Below, piece by piece: positions 13,139 through 23,223 of a DNA stretch of 64,000 nucleotides; within the stretch, counting starts at the first letter, position 1; each line of letters opens with the position of its first letter. Origin of the DNA: Deltaproteobacteria bacterium (lineage in GTDB: Bacteria; Bdellovibrionota_C; UBA2361; SZUA-149; JAITKM01). Location of the stretch: NCBI GenBank assembly GCA_031278395.1, contig JAITKM010000018.1:973-64972 (forward strand). Reading direction: 5' to 3'. A model generated the notes under the pieces. It was given only the letters and a program-made list of their open reading frames with translations. It was not told the origin of the DNA and did not search any database. Position numbers and translations under genes: made by a program.

Positions 13139-13182
13139 AATTTTGCTAAGAGATTGCCGAAGACAATGTTCTTAGCAAAATT
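13139..13182 (+). terminator. Inverted repeat, probable terminator
   Basis: AATTTTGCTAAGA...TCTTAGCAAAATT downstream of the transporter stop. Confidence 0.5.
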
Positions 13183-13284
13183 TGTAACAAAAATCACCGT
13201 TGGAAAATTATAGTAAATCGTCGTTTATTGGCAGTGATTTTTGGCTCGTCTCTATGAGTGCTCGGTTATTATTATGTTTAAATT

Positions 13285-14052
13285 ATGAAAACAGACAAAT
13301 TAAAAAAATTGTTATTGTTTTTTGCTATTGCATTTAGCTCTGTGGTTGTGTCTCAAGCTTATGCGGTAGCTGAATTTGTTTGTAAAACCGACGTTAATAC
13401 AGAATATTACGAACCAATTCTTAATAAGGTTAGTCAAGCCAGCGCCAGAATTAAAAGCTTAAAAGCTGATTTTGTGCAGGAGTCTTATCTGTTAGGTTTA
13501 GATAAAATTGAGAATAGTTCGGGCAAGGTTTTGTTTCAAAAAACAGCTAAGATGCGTTGGGATTATCAAGCTCCAGAAAAACAGTTATTTGTTATGGATG
13601 GCAAGTCTGTTTGGTATTATCAGCCGTCACAAAATCAAGTTATGTTGAGCGATTTAAATGCGTCGTTTAAATCCAGTGTGCCAGTCTCGTTTTTACTCGG
13701 CTTAGGGACTTTGACTGATACTTTTATTTTACAAAATGCTTGCCACACCCAAATTGGTATTTTGTTGAACTTAACTCTGAAAGAAAGCGATGACAGTTTA
13801 GATAAATTTTATCTTTTAGTGCGCCAAAAAGATTATACCCCACTTGGGGCTAAAATCGTAGATTTAGGTGGAAATGAAACATCGATTGTATTTAAAAATT
13901 TAGTTCTGAATCAGTCTATCAAAGCCGCTGAATTTTCTTTTGTGCCGCCTCAAGGTTTGGATATTATAGATAATCGTAATCCAGTGGCATTACCTTCAAG
14001 AAATAACCAACTCCAGAGGCAACCTCAACTCCTTGAAGAGGATATTTTATAA
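13285..14052 (+). CDS. lolA: Outer-membrane lipoprotein carrier LolA
   Basis: Signal peptide; SLKADFVQ, MRWDYQAPEKQLFVMDGKSVWYY, FSFVPPQG. Confidence 0.88.
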   Translation: MKTDKLKKLLLFFAIAFSSVVVSQAYAVAEFVCKTDVNTEYYEPILNKVSQASARIKSLKADFVQESYLLGLDKIENSSGKVLFQKTAKMRWDYQAPEKQLFVMDGKSVWYYQPSQNQVMLSDLNASFKSSVPVSFLLGLGTLTDTFILQNACHTQIGILLNLTLKESDDSLDKFYLLVRQKDYTPLGAKIVDLGGNETSIVFKNLVLNQSIKAAEFSFVPPQGLDIIDNRNPVALPSRNNQLQRQPQLLEEDIL

Positions 14053-14069
14053 TAGAGTAAGTAAAAATC

Positions 14070-15464
14070 ATGTCGCATACTGTTTCGATTATTTCATTAG
14101 GTTGCGCTAAAAATCTAGTTGATTCTGAGGTCATGTTGGGGAAGTTGATAGAAAAAGGTTTTGTGGTTGCTCCAGACTTGGAAGCTGCTGAGTTAATTTT
14201 AGTTAATACTTGTGGTTTTTTACAAAGCGCCGTTGAGGAGGCAATAGATAAAATTTTAGCAGCGGCAGAATACAAAAAGACAGGAGTCTGTAAAAAGCTG
14301 GTGGTTGCGGGGTGTCTGGTGGAGCGTTACCGTAAAAAATTAGCCCAAGAACTCCCGGAAGTTGATGCCTTTCTTTCAGTTGATGAGATTTTAAAAATTG
14401 ATTTTGATTTACAAACCTCAAAGGAGGTTTGGGATACTGAGCGCCTAGCCAGTTTTTTATATGATGATGCCATGCCGCGCGTGTTAAGTAGTGGCGGACA
14501 TCTAGCGCATCTTAAGATTGCTGAAGGGTGTAATCGTCCTTGCGCTTTTTGTATTATTCCTAAAATACGAGGCAGGTATCGCTCAAGGGATTTAACTTCT
14601 GTGCTGCGTGAGTTCAACAATTTAATTATGAGTGGCGTTAAAGAAATAGATTTAATTGCCCAAGATACAACTAATTATGGGCGTGATTTAGAGGGAGGAA
14701 AATTTTCCATTCATACCGTCTTTGATGAAATTTCCAAAATTAACGCTAGCCACGATTTTTGGGTGCGCTTAATGTATGCTTATCCGCTGGGTATTGACGA
14801 ACGCTTAATTAAGCAGCTGCGAGATGAACCTAGAATTTGTAATTATCTTGACCTACCACTACAACATATTAGTGATAAACTTTTAAAAAGTATGTGCCGT
14901 CCATTAGGTGCAGCTGGAACTCGTGAGTTGGTAAGTAATATAAAAAGGTGGAATCCGGAATTGGCATTGCGGACTAGTTTGATTGTAGGTTTTCCTGGTG
15001 AAACCCAAGCAGATGTTGATTTGCTTGAAGATTTTATTGCAGAAGGGCATTTTGAGCAGCTTGGGGTATTTGTCTATTCGCCGGAAGAAGAAGCCAAAGC
15101 ATTTAAGTTAGGTAATGATCTTTCAGAGAAAACCAAGCAAGAGCGCTTGAAAAGGCTGATGTTAGCCCAAAAAAAAGTAGTTAAGCAAAAATTGAGCAAT
15201 CGTCTTGGAACTAGACAAAAGGTTTTAGTTGAAGGGATTCATCCAGAAACTAACTTATTGTTAGTTGGACGTAGCGAGTGGCAAGCTCCAGAAGTTGATG
15301 GTGTAGTGTTGATTAATGAAGTGGAAGATGCGGAGCAATCAAGTGTTGTGAGTACTGATAATGTTTTAGATGTTTCAAAATATTATAATCGTTTTGTGGA
15401 AGTCGAAATCACAGAAACTAAAGGCTATGATTTAATTGGCAAAGTTAAACGTATTTTGACCTGA
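14070..15464 (+). CDS. rimO: Ribosomal protein S12 methylthiotransferase
   Basis: SLGCAKNLVDSE, radical-SAM CNRPCAFC, QAPEVDG, C-terminal TRAM domain. Confidence 0.95.
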   Translation: MSHTVSIISLGCAKNLVDSEVMLGKLIEKGFVVAPDLEAAELILVNTCGFLQSAVEEAIDKILAAAEYKKTGVCKKLVVAGCLVERYRKKLAQELPEVDAFLSVDEILKIDFDLQTSKEVWDTERLASFLYDDAMPRVLSSGGHLAHLKIAEGCNRPCAFCIIPKIRGRYRSRDLTSVLREFNNLIMSGVKEIDLIAQDTTNYGRDLEGGKFSIHTVFDEISKINASHDFWVRLMYAYPLGIDERLIKQLRDEPRICNYLDLPLQHISDKLLKSMCRPLGAAGTRELVSNIKRWNPELALRTSLIVGFPGETQADVDLLEDFIAEGHFEQLGVFVYSPEEEAKAFKLGNDLSEKTKQERLKRLMLAQKKVVKQKLSNRLGTRQKVLVEGIHPETNLLLVGRSEWQAPEVDGVVLINEVEDAEQSSVVSTDNVLDVSKYYNRFVEVEITETKGYDLIGKVKRILT

Positions 15465-15675
15465 CTGACTATATTATTTCAAGCTTGCAATATAATAGAA
15501 AAATCAAAATATGTTCGATTATCTGCCCCGATCACTATGAATTTGCTATGAATTAACTATAAAAATATAGATAAAAAGTAGTGATTAAATAAAAATATCC
15601 TGCACACTTAAGTCGTGTATCACGATTTATACTTGTTATTAGTCAACTTAAGTGATACTTCAAGCGACTTGTATT

Positions 15676-15700
15676 GTAGGGGAAACCCTTGTGGTTGTCC
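15676..15700 (+). repeat. GTAG-type REP-like hairpin
   Basis: GTAG-GGGAAACC-CTTGT-GGTTGTCC. It lies in the over-extended 5' part of ORF 15615. Confidence 0.6.
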
Positions 15701-15737
15701 TTCATGGCGTTCAACAGAATTCTTAACAGTAAGTTTC

Positions 15738-17252
15738 ATGAAAGATTTGCAAGATAATATAGCCTTTGGACGAACAAATTTTGCTTATCCGTTTTATTCT
15801 AATTCAACAACAATAATTCATGACCTTAATATAAAGTCTATTTCAAATAATTTTTTACAAAATGGTTTAAACTCGCTAGCCGAACTTGTTGCTGAAGTTA
15901 CTAATTCATATTCCTCTGTTATTTTTTGGGCTAAGCCGGATAAAACCTTACAAATAGCAGCCTTTCATACTCAAAGCGAGGAGTTTATACCTACTGCGCA
16001 AATTAAATTTGGTACGAGTTTAGTGGGCTGGGTCGCTGAAAATAAAACTAAACTCTTAGTTAGTCCCTTTGAGCATTCCGCTAGGTCTTTGCTCTATTAT
16101 TCAGATGATCAAGAATTAAAAAGTTTTTTGGCAATTCCTATTTTAGACGCTGCCCAAAACCTGCTTGGCGTTTTGGTTTGCGATAGTCAAAACGTTGCTA
16201 GCTATACACAAAATACAGAGAAAATCCTCGGCGGAGTTATTCAACAAATCTTAAACTTACATTTAGCGGATGCTGCCTTAGCTCTAAATACGCCGCAAAA
16301 ACAAAGCGACCCAGATGTGCTAACTAAGTTTATCGAAAGTTTAAGGCTACAAATTACAGAAGAAGGTTTATTTAATTTAGCTAGTCGTATTCCCAAAGAA
16401 ATTGCTGATTATGCTGCGTTAGTTGTGGTGAGTTCTGCTGAAAGAGGTGTGGGGGTAGGGAATTTTTACTCGACTTCAAAAGATGAACAATTAAAGCATC
16501 GCTTGTTAGAAACAATCTGTCGACATAAAAGAGTTTTATGTAGCGAAAAAAACGTTAGAATCTTGTCGCAAAACGATGCTGTAGAACAAAAAGCATTTTT
16601 ATCTATTCCGTTTCGCGTCTTAGAAAAAGAAGCTGGTTCTTTAAATTTTACTACTGCGCCAGGCGTAGAGTTTTCAGACAATGAGATTAATAGTTTAGAA
16701 ACTTTAGCTAAAGTTATTGGTCAGACCTTAGAAAATATTCGCCTCAAAGAACGCTTAATCGGACACAATCTTTGGACAACTCTTTCGTGGAAGATTTTTT
16801 TTGCGCAAGCTAATTTGCTTTTGCAACAACGAACTAAAACTAAAGAGGAACTTGGTTTAATGCGGATTGAATTTAGTAATCTCGAAAGCTTGGAAAGAAA
16901 TTTTTCTATTCTTTCAACTTTAGAACTTTTAGAAAGAGCAACCCGACTTGCTGAACAGGTGAAAAGGCAAAATTCGGCTATTTGTAGGATTTATGAAAGC
17001 AAACTTTATATTTTGACTCCTGCAGAAGAAGTGCCGTCTTTTGCTAACAGATTTTGTAAGATGATAGAAAAACTTTACTTAACAGATAGAACTAGTGGTA
17101 TTACTAAACAACAGTGTGAAATGCTACTAAATAGTGTATCTATTCTTTCGGCGATTGCTCCAAATGACGGCGTAACGCTAGAAGAATTAATTTCAAAAAT
17201 ACACAATCTTTCAAATGAATTAACTGCATATAAAAAAAGGGGCATTTCCTAA
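15738..17252 (+). CDS. Tandem GAF-domain protein with degenerate GGDEF-like C-terminus
   Basis: GTSLVGWVAEN...LKSFLAIPI...GVLVCDS GAF motif and a second GAF-like region; C-terminal SAIAPNDGVTLEELI without a GGDEF motif. Start uncertain. Confidence 0.7.
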   Translation: MKDLQDNIAFGRTNFAYPFYSNSTTIIHDLNIKSISNNFLQNGLNSLAELVAEVTNSYSSVIFWAKPDKTLQIAAFHTQSEEFIPTAQIKFGTSLVGWVAENKTKLLVSPFEHSARSLLYYSDDQELKSFLAIPILDAAQNLLGVLVCDSQNVASYTQNTEKILGGVIQQILNLHLADAALALNTPQKQSDPDVLTKFIESLRLQITEEGLFNLASRIPKEIADYAALVVVSSAERGVGVGNFYSTSKDEQLKHRLLETICRHKRVLCSEKNVRILSQNDAVEQKAFLSIPFRVLEKEAGSLNFTTAPGVEFSDNEINSLETLAKVIGQTLENIRLKERLIGHNLWTTLSWKIFFAQANLLLQQRTKTKEELGLMRIEFSNLESLERNFSILSTLELLERATRLAEQVKRQNSAICRIYESKLYILTPAEEVPSFANRFCKMIEKLYLTDRTSGITKQQCEMLLNSVSILSAIAPNDGVTLEELISKIHNLSNELTAYKKRGIS

Positions 17253-17324
17253 AAATAACAGCGACATTTTGGGAAACGCGTTTAAAAAGTTTAATATAAA
17301 AAATTAAGAAGGAGGAATGATATA

Positions 17325-18458
17325 ATGCTGACGGATAGACTAAACCAGAATATCGACACAATAATTCGCAGATCAGACGTGGATTGTGAATGTAGTAATA
17401 TATATGATAAAGAAAGTAACACTCGTTCAAATAGCTGGCTAAATATTTTTAGTGGATTTTTAGGACAAGAGCTAGCCATGGACTTAGGCACAGCTAATAC
17501 TTTGATTTACATGAAGGGTCGGGGAATTGTTTTAAATGAGCCGAGTGTAGTGGCTGTTTATACTGATACTGGTGAGCCGTTTGCTGTTGGACGTGAGGCT
17601 AAAGAAATTTATGGCAAAACTCCTAAAAAAGTTAAGTGTATAAGACCACTCAAAGATGGAGTAATTGCAGATTTTAATATTACGGAGATAATGATTAAAA
17701 ATTTTATTTCTCGAATTTGTAACAAGCTTTGTCTACGTCGTCCGAAAATGATTATTAGTGTTCCATCTGGTGTTACCATGGTTGAAAAACGAGCTGTTCA
17801 GTCAGCAGCCTATCAAAGTGGCGTTGCCACTGTTAAATTAATGGAAGAACCAATGGCGGCAGCAATTGGCTCTGGTATTCCAGTGCATTCAGCATCGGGA
17901 CATATGATTGTTGATATTGGCGGTGGCACGACAGAAGTTGCCGTAACTAGTTTAGGAGGGACAACTTATTCAGAATCAATACGTATTGCTGGCGATGAGA
18001 TGGACGAAGCGATTGAAAATTTTATTAAAAAAGCCTTTAATCTGCAAATTGGTAAATATGAAGCGGAAAAAATAAAACTAACTATCGGTTCTGCTATGCC
18101 TATGACAGAGACTAGAGAAATAAAAATTTTTGGTAGTGATTTAACTACAGGTTCGCCACGAGAGTTAATTATTGATGATGCGATAGTGCGTCATGCTCTG
18201 AAAGAGCCAGTGCAAGCTATTGTGGATGCAGTGGTTAGAGCGTTAGAGAGAACAAGTCCAGAGTTAGCTGAAGATATTATCGAAAATGGAGTATGTATTG
18301 CTGGCGGTGGCGCGTTGTTAAATGGTTTGCCAGAAAGACTTAGTTTAGAAACGGGTTTAAAGTTTTATCGAGCGCAGGATCCGCTAACTGCAATTGTTCG
18401 TGGTGATGGCGCTGTCTTGGAAGCCATGAAAGAGTATGAGCAAGTGTTTATTGCGTAA
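17325..18458 (+). CDS. mreB: Rod shape-determining actin-like protein MreB/Mbl
   Basis: AMDLGTANT, RPLKDGVIADF, EEPMAAAIG, VDIGGGTTEVA, AGGGALL. Strong AGGAGG RBS. Confidence 0.93.
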   Translation: MLTDRLNQNIDTIIRRSDVDCECSNIYDKESNTRSNSWLNIFSGFLGQELAMDLGTANTLIYMKGRGIVLNEPSVVAVYTDTGEPFAVGREAKEIYGKTPKKVKCIRPLKDGVIADFNITEIMIKNFISRICNKLCLRRPKMIISVPSGVTMVEKRAVQSAAYQSGVATVKLMEEPMAAAIGSGIPVHSASGHMIVDIGGGTTEVAVTSLGGTTYSESIRIAGDEMDEAIENFIKKAFNLQIGKYEAEKIKLTIGSAMPMTETREIKIFGSDLTTGSPRELIIDDAIVRHALKEPVQAIVDAVVRALERTSPELAEDIIENGVCIAGGGALLNGLPERLSLETGLKFYRAQDPLTAIVRGDGAVLEAMKEYEQVFIA

Positions 18459-18461
18459 TTT

Positions 18462-18761
18462 ATGTTTAGAGGGGGCTTTAGATATTTTTTTGTTTTTTTA
18501 TTTTTAGTTACTTTGGCAAGTAGTTGTGACCTGGATTTGCAAGGGCAAAATATAAATGATGTTTCAAGAGTTGAAACACAGCCGCAAGATTTAGTTTATT
18601 ATGTTGAAGCTCCTTATGAATCTCTAGCGGAGATTGTTACGCGTTTCACAGCGGATACTAACAACATAGACCCGGTTGCCAGAATTAACGCTGTAGATCC
18701 TAATGCCTTACTTAAACGCGGACAATTAATTCGTATTCCACATTATATGTTAAAAAAGTAA
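18462..18761 (+). CDS. Small LysM-domain lipoprotein
   Basis: Lipobox LASSC; LysM-like ESLAEIV...ARIN...LKRGQLIRIP. Confidence 0.7.
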   Translation: MFRGGFRYFFVFLFLVTLASSCDLDLQGQNINDVSRVETQPQDLVYYVEAPYESLAEIVTRFTADTNNIDPVARINAVDPNALLKRGQLIRIPHYMLKK

Positions 18762-18777
18762 GTTTTGTCTGCCTCCG

Positions 18778-20613
18778 CTACGTTGTTGTCTTTAATGCGA
18801 AAATCTCAATCTCCTGATATGTGCCAAGTTTGTGGTCGATAATGTCTGAAATTTGGGAGTAAAGTTTATGGTGCGCTTTATGAGTAATTAAATATTTTGC
18901 TCCTAAATCTAAAGCTCTTTGTAATTTTTGGCGATCCAAATCCTGATTGGACGGAAAAATAAAACCTTTTTGATCCATTAAATATAAAACTAGATTCGGT
19001 ATCTTGGTATGAATAACGATAACTTTATCTGTTCGCTTCAAACCAATAAATCTTATATATGGAGTGATAGTTTCGTAAGCTTTATCGTATTTACTATAGT
19101 ATTTTTTATTACCTTGAAAATCTTTAAAAAATTTATCGTCTTGAATTAAGCTTAACCCGTTTTGAACAAAAAAATCTTCAGTGTAATATTTAGCCCGATT
19201 AATCAAAGCTGTATCTGCAATCGAAATTAAAAGTAAGGCACAGCCAGCAAAGCGTAAATACTGATTCTTGAAAATTAGAGGATAATTTTGTTTTAAATAA
19301 TCCAAGATAGTTATGAGATTAAACGGCAATAGAGCTAAAACTAAGATAGAATAATATTGATGCGTTTTAAAATAAAAAGGCCAAAGCAAAATATTAGCTA
19401 CACTAACCAACAATACTAAAATACTAATTAGCGCTAGTTGCTGTTTAGCTTTTTGGGAAAAAATTAAGACAAAAGTAACAACAATAGAGGCAATAAAAGT
19501 CCAATAGAAAAAAGAATTATTAAAAATTTGCGGCAATATCTGAGTTGTATATTGCACAAAAGAATGGATGACGTATTTAAAATTAAACAAGACACCGACT
19601 AATACGCCAAGAATAACTAAACAACTAGTTCCTAGTAAAAGTTTATCGAACTTTCTAAAAAGAAAACTTAAAATTATTAAGCCGCTACAACCAATAAGCA
19701 AAGCGGAAAAAATTAAAGGTTGAGCTGCAATTTGTTGTGTTAGTTGATTAGTTTGCTTAATTAAAGAAGCTAGTAAATAGTCCAGATTGATCTGACCGCT
19801 TTGGGTAATTCGATAGTCTAGCTCCAGCATAAATTGTAGGTGTTCTTGTTGTTGCGCAAAATTAAGGCAATATCGAATCCAAAGCCAAGAACTAAAAAAT
19901 ATTAGAGTAATTGCCAGCCAGACTTGTTTAAAATGATGAAATTGAAAGGTCACAGTGTTTTGATATTTTTGCTGCAGCAATAGTTGAGCTATTAAAATAG
20001 CCAACGGAATGCCTAGAAATACCACCTTAATGCAGCCTACGAGCGAAAAGATAACAGTCCAGATTATTAAAGAGCTTAACTTTGGTTGTGAACAGTATTG
20101 ATAATAATAAAATACGCCGCTCCAAACTAAGCCAAAAGCAATCACGTGCGGCACGCAAGACCAGGCATTATAGGCTAAGAGAGGAGAAGTATAAAGAGTT
20201 AGGCTAACAAAAATCGCCCAAAAACTATCGTCCAAAATTTTTGCAGTAAGTCTGAAAAGGTAAAATAAACCTAGCCAAGTAAAAATTAAGGTTGTGCCAT
20301 AAAAAATATATTCACGTGCGCCGAAAATTTTCCAAAGTTGTGCAACTAAATAATAAATCACCGGAAACTCACCTACAGCGTAACCTTCGCCCTTGCCCCA
20401 ACCTTGAAAATGAACTTTAGGTGTCCAGAAACTTAAATTTTCTTGAAAAAAATTGAAAGCTATAGAAAGACTATCCGCTTCCCGCCAAGCATATTCTAAA
20501 AGCATGCGGTTACCATATAAGATATTTAAGTAATAACCATAAATGAAAAAGAGCAGGAGCAGAATAATAAAAAATAGATAGGGCGCTAAAGGTTTCTTGA
20601 GTTCAAAGGTCAT
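18778..20613 (-). CDS. ArnT/PMT-like (GT-C) integral membrane glycosyltransferase
   Basis: WREADS early loop, GEFPVIYYL, about 13 TM helices, C-terminal soluble GAKYLI domain. Confidence 0.7.
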   Translation of the reverse strand: MTFELKKPLAPYLFFIILLLLFFIYGYYLNILYGNRMLLEYAWREADSLSIAFNFFQENLSFWTPKVHFQGWGKGEGYAVGEFPVIYYLVAQLWKIFGAREYIFYGTTLIFTWLGLFYLFRLTAKILDDSFWAIFVSLTLYTSPLLAYNAWSCVPHVIAFGLVWSGVFYYYQYCSQPKLSSLIIWTVIFSLVGCIKVVFLGIPLAILIAQLLLQQKYQNTVTFQFHHFKQVWLAITLIFFSSWLWIRYCLNFAQQQEHLQFMLELDYRITQSGQINLDYLLASLIKQTNQLTQQIAAQPLIFSALLIGCSGLIILSFLFRKFDKLLLGTSCLVILGVLVGVLFNFKYVIHSFVQYTTQILPQIFNNSFFYWTFIASIVVTFVLIFSQKAKQQLALISILVLLVSVANILLWPFYFKTHQYYSILVLALLPFNLITILDYLKQNYPLIFKNQYLRFAGCALLLISIADTALINRAKYYTEDFFVQNGLSLIQDDKFFKDFQGNKKYYSKYDKAYETITPYIRFIGLKRTDKVIVIHTKIPNLVLYLMDQKGFIFPSNQDLDRQKLQRALDLGAKYLITHKAHHKLYSQISDIIDHKLGTYQEIEIFALKTTT

Positions 20614-20697
20614 GGATGATTACGTGTATCTCTGTATAATTAAAACGTAGCGCTAATCCCTAGAGGAAAGTAAAATGGAAGAATTAAAGGAAATATT

Positions 20698-21336
20698 TTA
20701 GTATGTAACTCCTGTTGTATGCTTTTGAATATTCTCAAAAGCTTTAGCGAAGTTAGCAAGTTTCTCTTGCGTAATTGCTAAAAACTCCTCTGGCATCCCC
20801 ATTTGTCGGATGCGTTCAGGATTATATTGCTTTAACAAAGCCTCATATTGAAGTTGAACTTCCGCGAGCGGACTGTTAGGTAGGCAACCTAAAATTTCAT
20901 AGTCCGCATCTAAGGCGGTGCTTTTAATATGAGTATTTTTAATTTGTTTAAACTCGTTTTCGTCAATTTCAAAAATCTTTGCGATTTCAACAATAAATTT
21001 TTCTTCGGCTGGATCAAACTCTTCATTGACCAAAGCCACCTTAAACAAAATATCTAATAGCCAGCGTAAAATTTCTGGCGCATCAACATTATTTTGTTTG
21101 TATTCTTTAGCTAGAGTAGTATAGCCAATAGCTGAATTTTTTTCCTCATTGAAAATTTGGATCGCAATGGCTTTTTGTTTAGGATTGAGTTGTAAAGTGT
21201 GATCTATAAAATCATTAATAATTTGAGCTTCTGATTTACTAACCGAACCATCAATATTAGATAATTTTGCTAGTAAGGCAAAAGTAGTAAAAAAATTTTT
21301 ATTTTGTCTTTCTTTTAAACTTATTTGAATACTCAT
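20698..21336 (-). CDS. TerB + J-like domain protein (DjlA-like, HPD motif degenerate)
   Basis: AKLSNIDGSVSKSE TerB motif; YEILG...YEALLKQYNPER...AFENI J-domain with NPE in place of HPD. Confidence 0.75.
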   Translation of the reverse strand: MSIQISLKERQNKNFFTTFALLAKLSNIDGSVSKSEAQIINDFIDHTLQLNPKQKAIAIQIFNEEKNSAIGYTTLAKEYKQNNVDAPEILRWLLDILFKVALVNEEFDPAEEKFIVEIAKIFEIDENEFKQIKNTHIKSTALDADYEILGCLPNSPLAEVQLQYEALLKQYNPERIRQMGMPEEFLAITQEKLANFAKAFENIQKHTTGVTY

Positions 21337-21343
21337 AATAATA

Positions 21344-22192
21344 TTATCCTATATATAAATTGGTTTGCAGCTCGCTAAGCGTTGCGCCGAGCATTTGCGC
21401 ATCCTTGGCTTCACAAAGTCTTGGCGAAGTTCGGTTAATATAAATTCTAAGAGCCTTTTCAAGCTCAGATTTGATTAAGTCTTTTTTAAGCGGTTTAACT
21501 AAAAAGCCAGTAACACCAGCGTTCAGCGCAGCAACTAAACTCTCCTGCTCTGAATATGCCGTGCAAACTAGCACTGGTAAGTGACTAATACTTGGATTTT
21601 TACGAATTGCAGTAGCTAATTCAATGCCGTTCATGTTGGGCATATTTAAATCCGTTACCACACAAAAAAAATCATTGGGGGTGGCTTTTAATAAATTTAA
21701 AGCAATTTCTCCGTCGGCAACGCCGACAACATTTCCCAGCCCACAAGATTCAATATAACCCGCAATAATCATGCGTGGCGAATCTAAATCTTCGACTAGT
21801 AAAATCTTTTTATTTAAGTGAGAATTTTGTTGGTCTAAATTATCTGGCAGATTTTTAAACAAGTTTTCTATGGATTTATTAAAAACTTCTTTCTCAAAAA
21901 CTTGAACGCCAACTAACAAAAGTTGCCATTTTTGAGCGACTTCGCCGTAAAGATTAAAAACAATAACTGGCGTAGACGGTTGTTTTAACCAACAGAATGA
22001 CGCTAACGCCATAGGTTCACTTTTGTTGTAACGCGAATCGATAAAAAGAGCTGAGACACTGTTGAGGTTGAGCCATTCTTTGGCAGTTTCAATTTGATTA
22101 ATTGCTTTATAGCGAATGTTTAATTTATTTGCCACATTGATGATAACCTGTACCGATTTAGGATCAGCAGTAACAATTAAAATTGAATCCAT
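21344..22192 (-). CDS. Response regulator with degenerate N-terminal and intact C-terminal receiver domains
   Basis: C-terminal ILLVED, VTDLNMPNMNG, CTA, FLVKP. The N-terminal receiver-like fold lacks canonical residues. Confidence 0.8.
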   Translation of the reverse strand: MDSILIVTADPKSVQVIINVANKLNIRYKAINQIETAKEWLNLNSVSALFIDSRYNKSEPMALASFCWLKQPSTPVIVFNLYGEVAQKWQLLLVGVQVFEKEVFNKSIENLFKNLPDNLDQQNSHLNKKILLVEDLDSPRMIIAGYIESCGLGNVVGVADGEIALNLLKATPNDFFCVVTDLNMPNMNGIELATAIRKNPSISHLPVLVCTAYSEQESLVAALNAGVTGFLVKPLKKDLIKSELEKALRIYINRTSPRLCEAKDAQMLGATLSELQTNLYIG

Positions 22193-22267
22193 GATATTGA
22201 TATATTTTATTTCCTTGAATATTAAAATGGTTCTGCACTACAATAATTTGCTTAGTATTTCAATCCT

Positions 22268-22517
22268 AAAAATGTAACGCAGGCTTACCGACTCTGTCAG
22301 CTATTGCCTCTCTTTAAGATGGAGGCTTGTTTGTTCCCCCATGTAGTTAAGTTCTAAGTAACCCTTGAGTATATATTTGATAAAATAGCTGCAAAATTTA
22401 TTTATATAATTTAGAATTTAACAGCCCAACGGAGAGTAGGACGTCAATGCGAAGCATTGACGGTGGTATATTTTAACTCACAAGGGCAAGGGACTAGATT
22501 ACGGGTTGTACATTTTT
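22268..22517 (-). ncRNA. Candidate structured ncRNA (6S-like motifs) containing a REP-like hairpin
   Basis: Terminal inverted repeat AAAAATGTA/TACATTTTT and CCCTTG(TG)AGT/ACTCAAGGG pairing. Minus-strand GTCCC...ATATACC, TCAAGGGTTAC and AGCCTGCG resemble 6S RNA blocks. Confidence 0.3.
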
Positions 22518-22587
22518 TAATTAGAGGCTTTTGCTTTAAGTCTAAATTTGCTAGAGGAAAAATTTATTTAAAATATATTCTCAAGAA

Positions 22588-23223
22588 ATGTTAAAAGAAT
22601 GGTTTAAAAAGAAAAAGTATTTTCCTTTTTGTATTAAAAATACAGATAAAATTTTAATACTTGCCCCACATCCAGACGATGAAGTTTTAGGTTGTGGCGG
22701 ATTTTTGCTTAAATATCCACAACAATGTACTGTCGTTTATTTAACTAACGGATGTCTGGGGGATGCTACCTTAAGCCGCGAAGAAAATATTGCAATTCGT
22801 AAAGCGGAACTAGACAAGGTTATGAATACTGTAGGTATTAAAAACTACCAATATCTCAATATTCCCGATAAACAAATGCGAAGGAATTTAAAGCAACTCA
22901 GGCAATTAAAACTTAGACAATATGATTATGTTTTTGTTCCGAATAAATATGAGACGCACAAAGATCATAAATGCTTATATCGTAGAGTTAAGCTTTTAAC
23001 CCTTTTAGCAAAAACTAAGGTTGCCATGTATGAGGTTTGGGTAACTTTACCTCACGTTTCGCATTATCTTAATATTTCGGATTGTATTGAGCAAAAAAGA
23101 GAATTAATAGGTTTGTATCAATCTCAACTTAAATCCACCGACTACTTTAAAATTATTGCTTTAAATCAATACAGAGGCATGTGGCCCAAAGTCTCGTTTG
23201 CCGAAGCCTTTTGGATAAAATAA
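22588..23223 (+). CDS. PIG-L/LmbE family deacetylase
   Basis: LAPHPDDEVLGCGG, HKDH, YQSQL. Confidence 0.9.
   Translation: MLKEWFKKKKYFPFCIKNTDKILILAPHPDDEVLGCGGFLLKYPQQCTVVYLTNGCLGDATLSREENIAIRKAELDKVMNTVGIKNYQYLNIPDKQMRRNLKQLRQLKLRQYDYVFVPNKYETHKDHKCLYRRVKLLTLLAKTKVAMYEVWVTLPHVSHYLNISDCIEQKRELIGLYQSQLKSTDYFKIIALNQYRGMWPKVSFAEAFWIK

Noticed and set aside
15615-15737. N-terminal 41 codons of ORF 15615
   Set aside because: They include a REP-like hairpin and look like translated intergenic DNA; a later start is more plausible.
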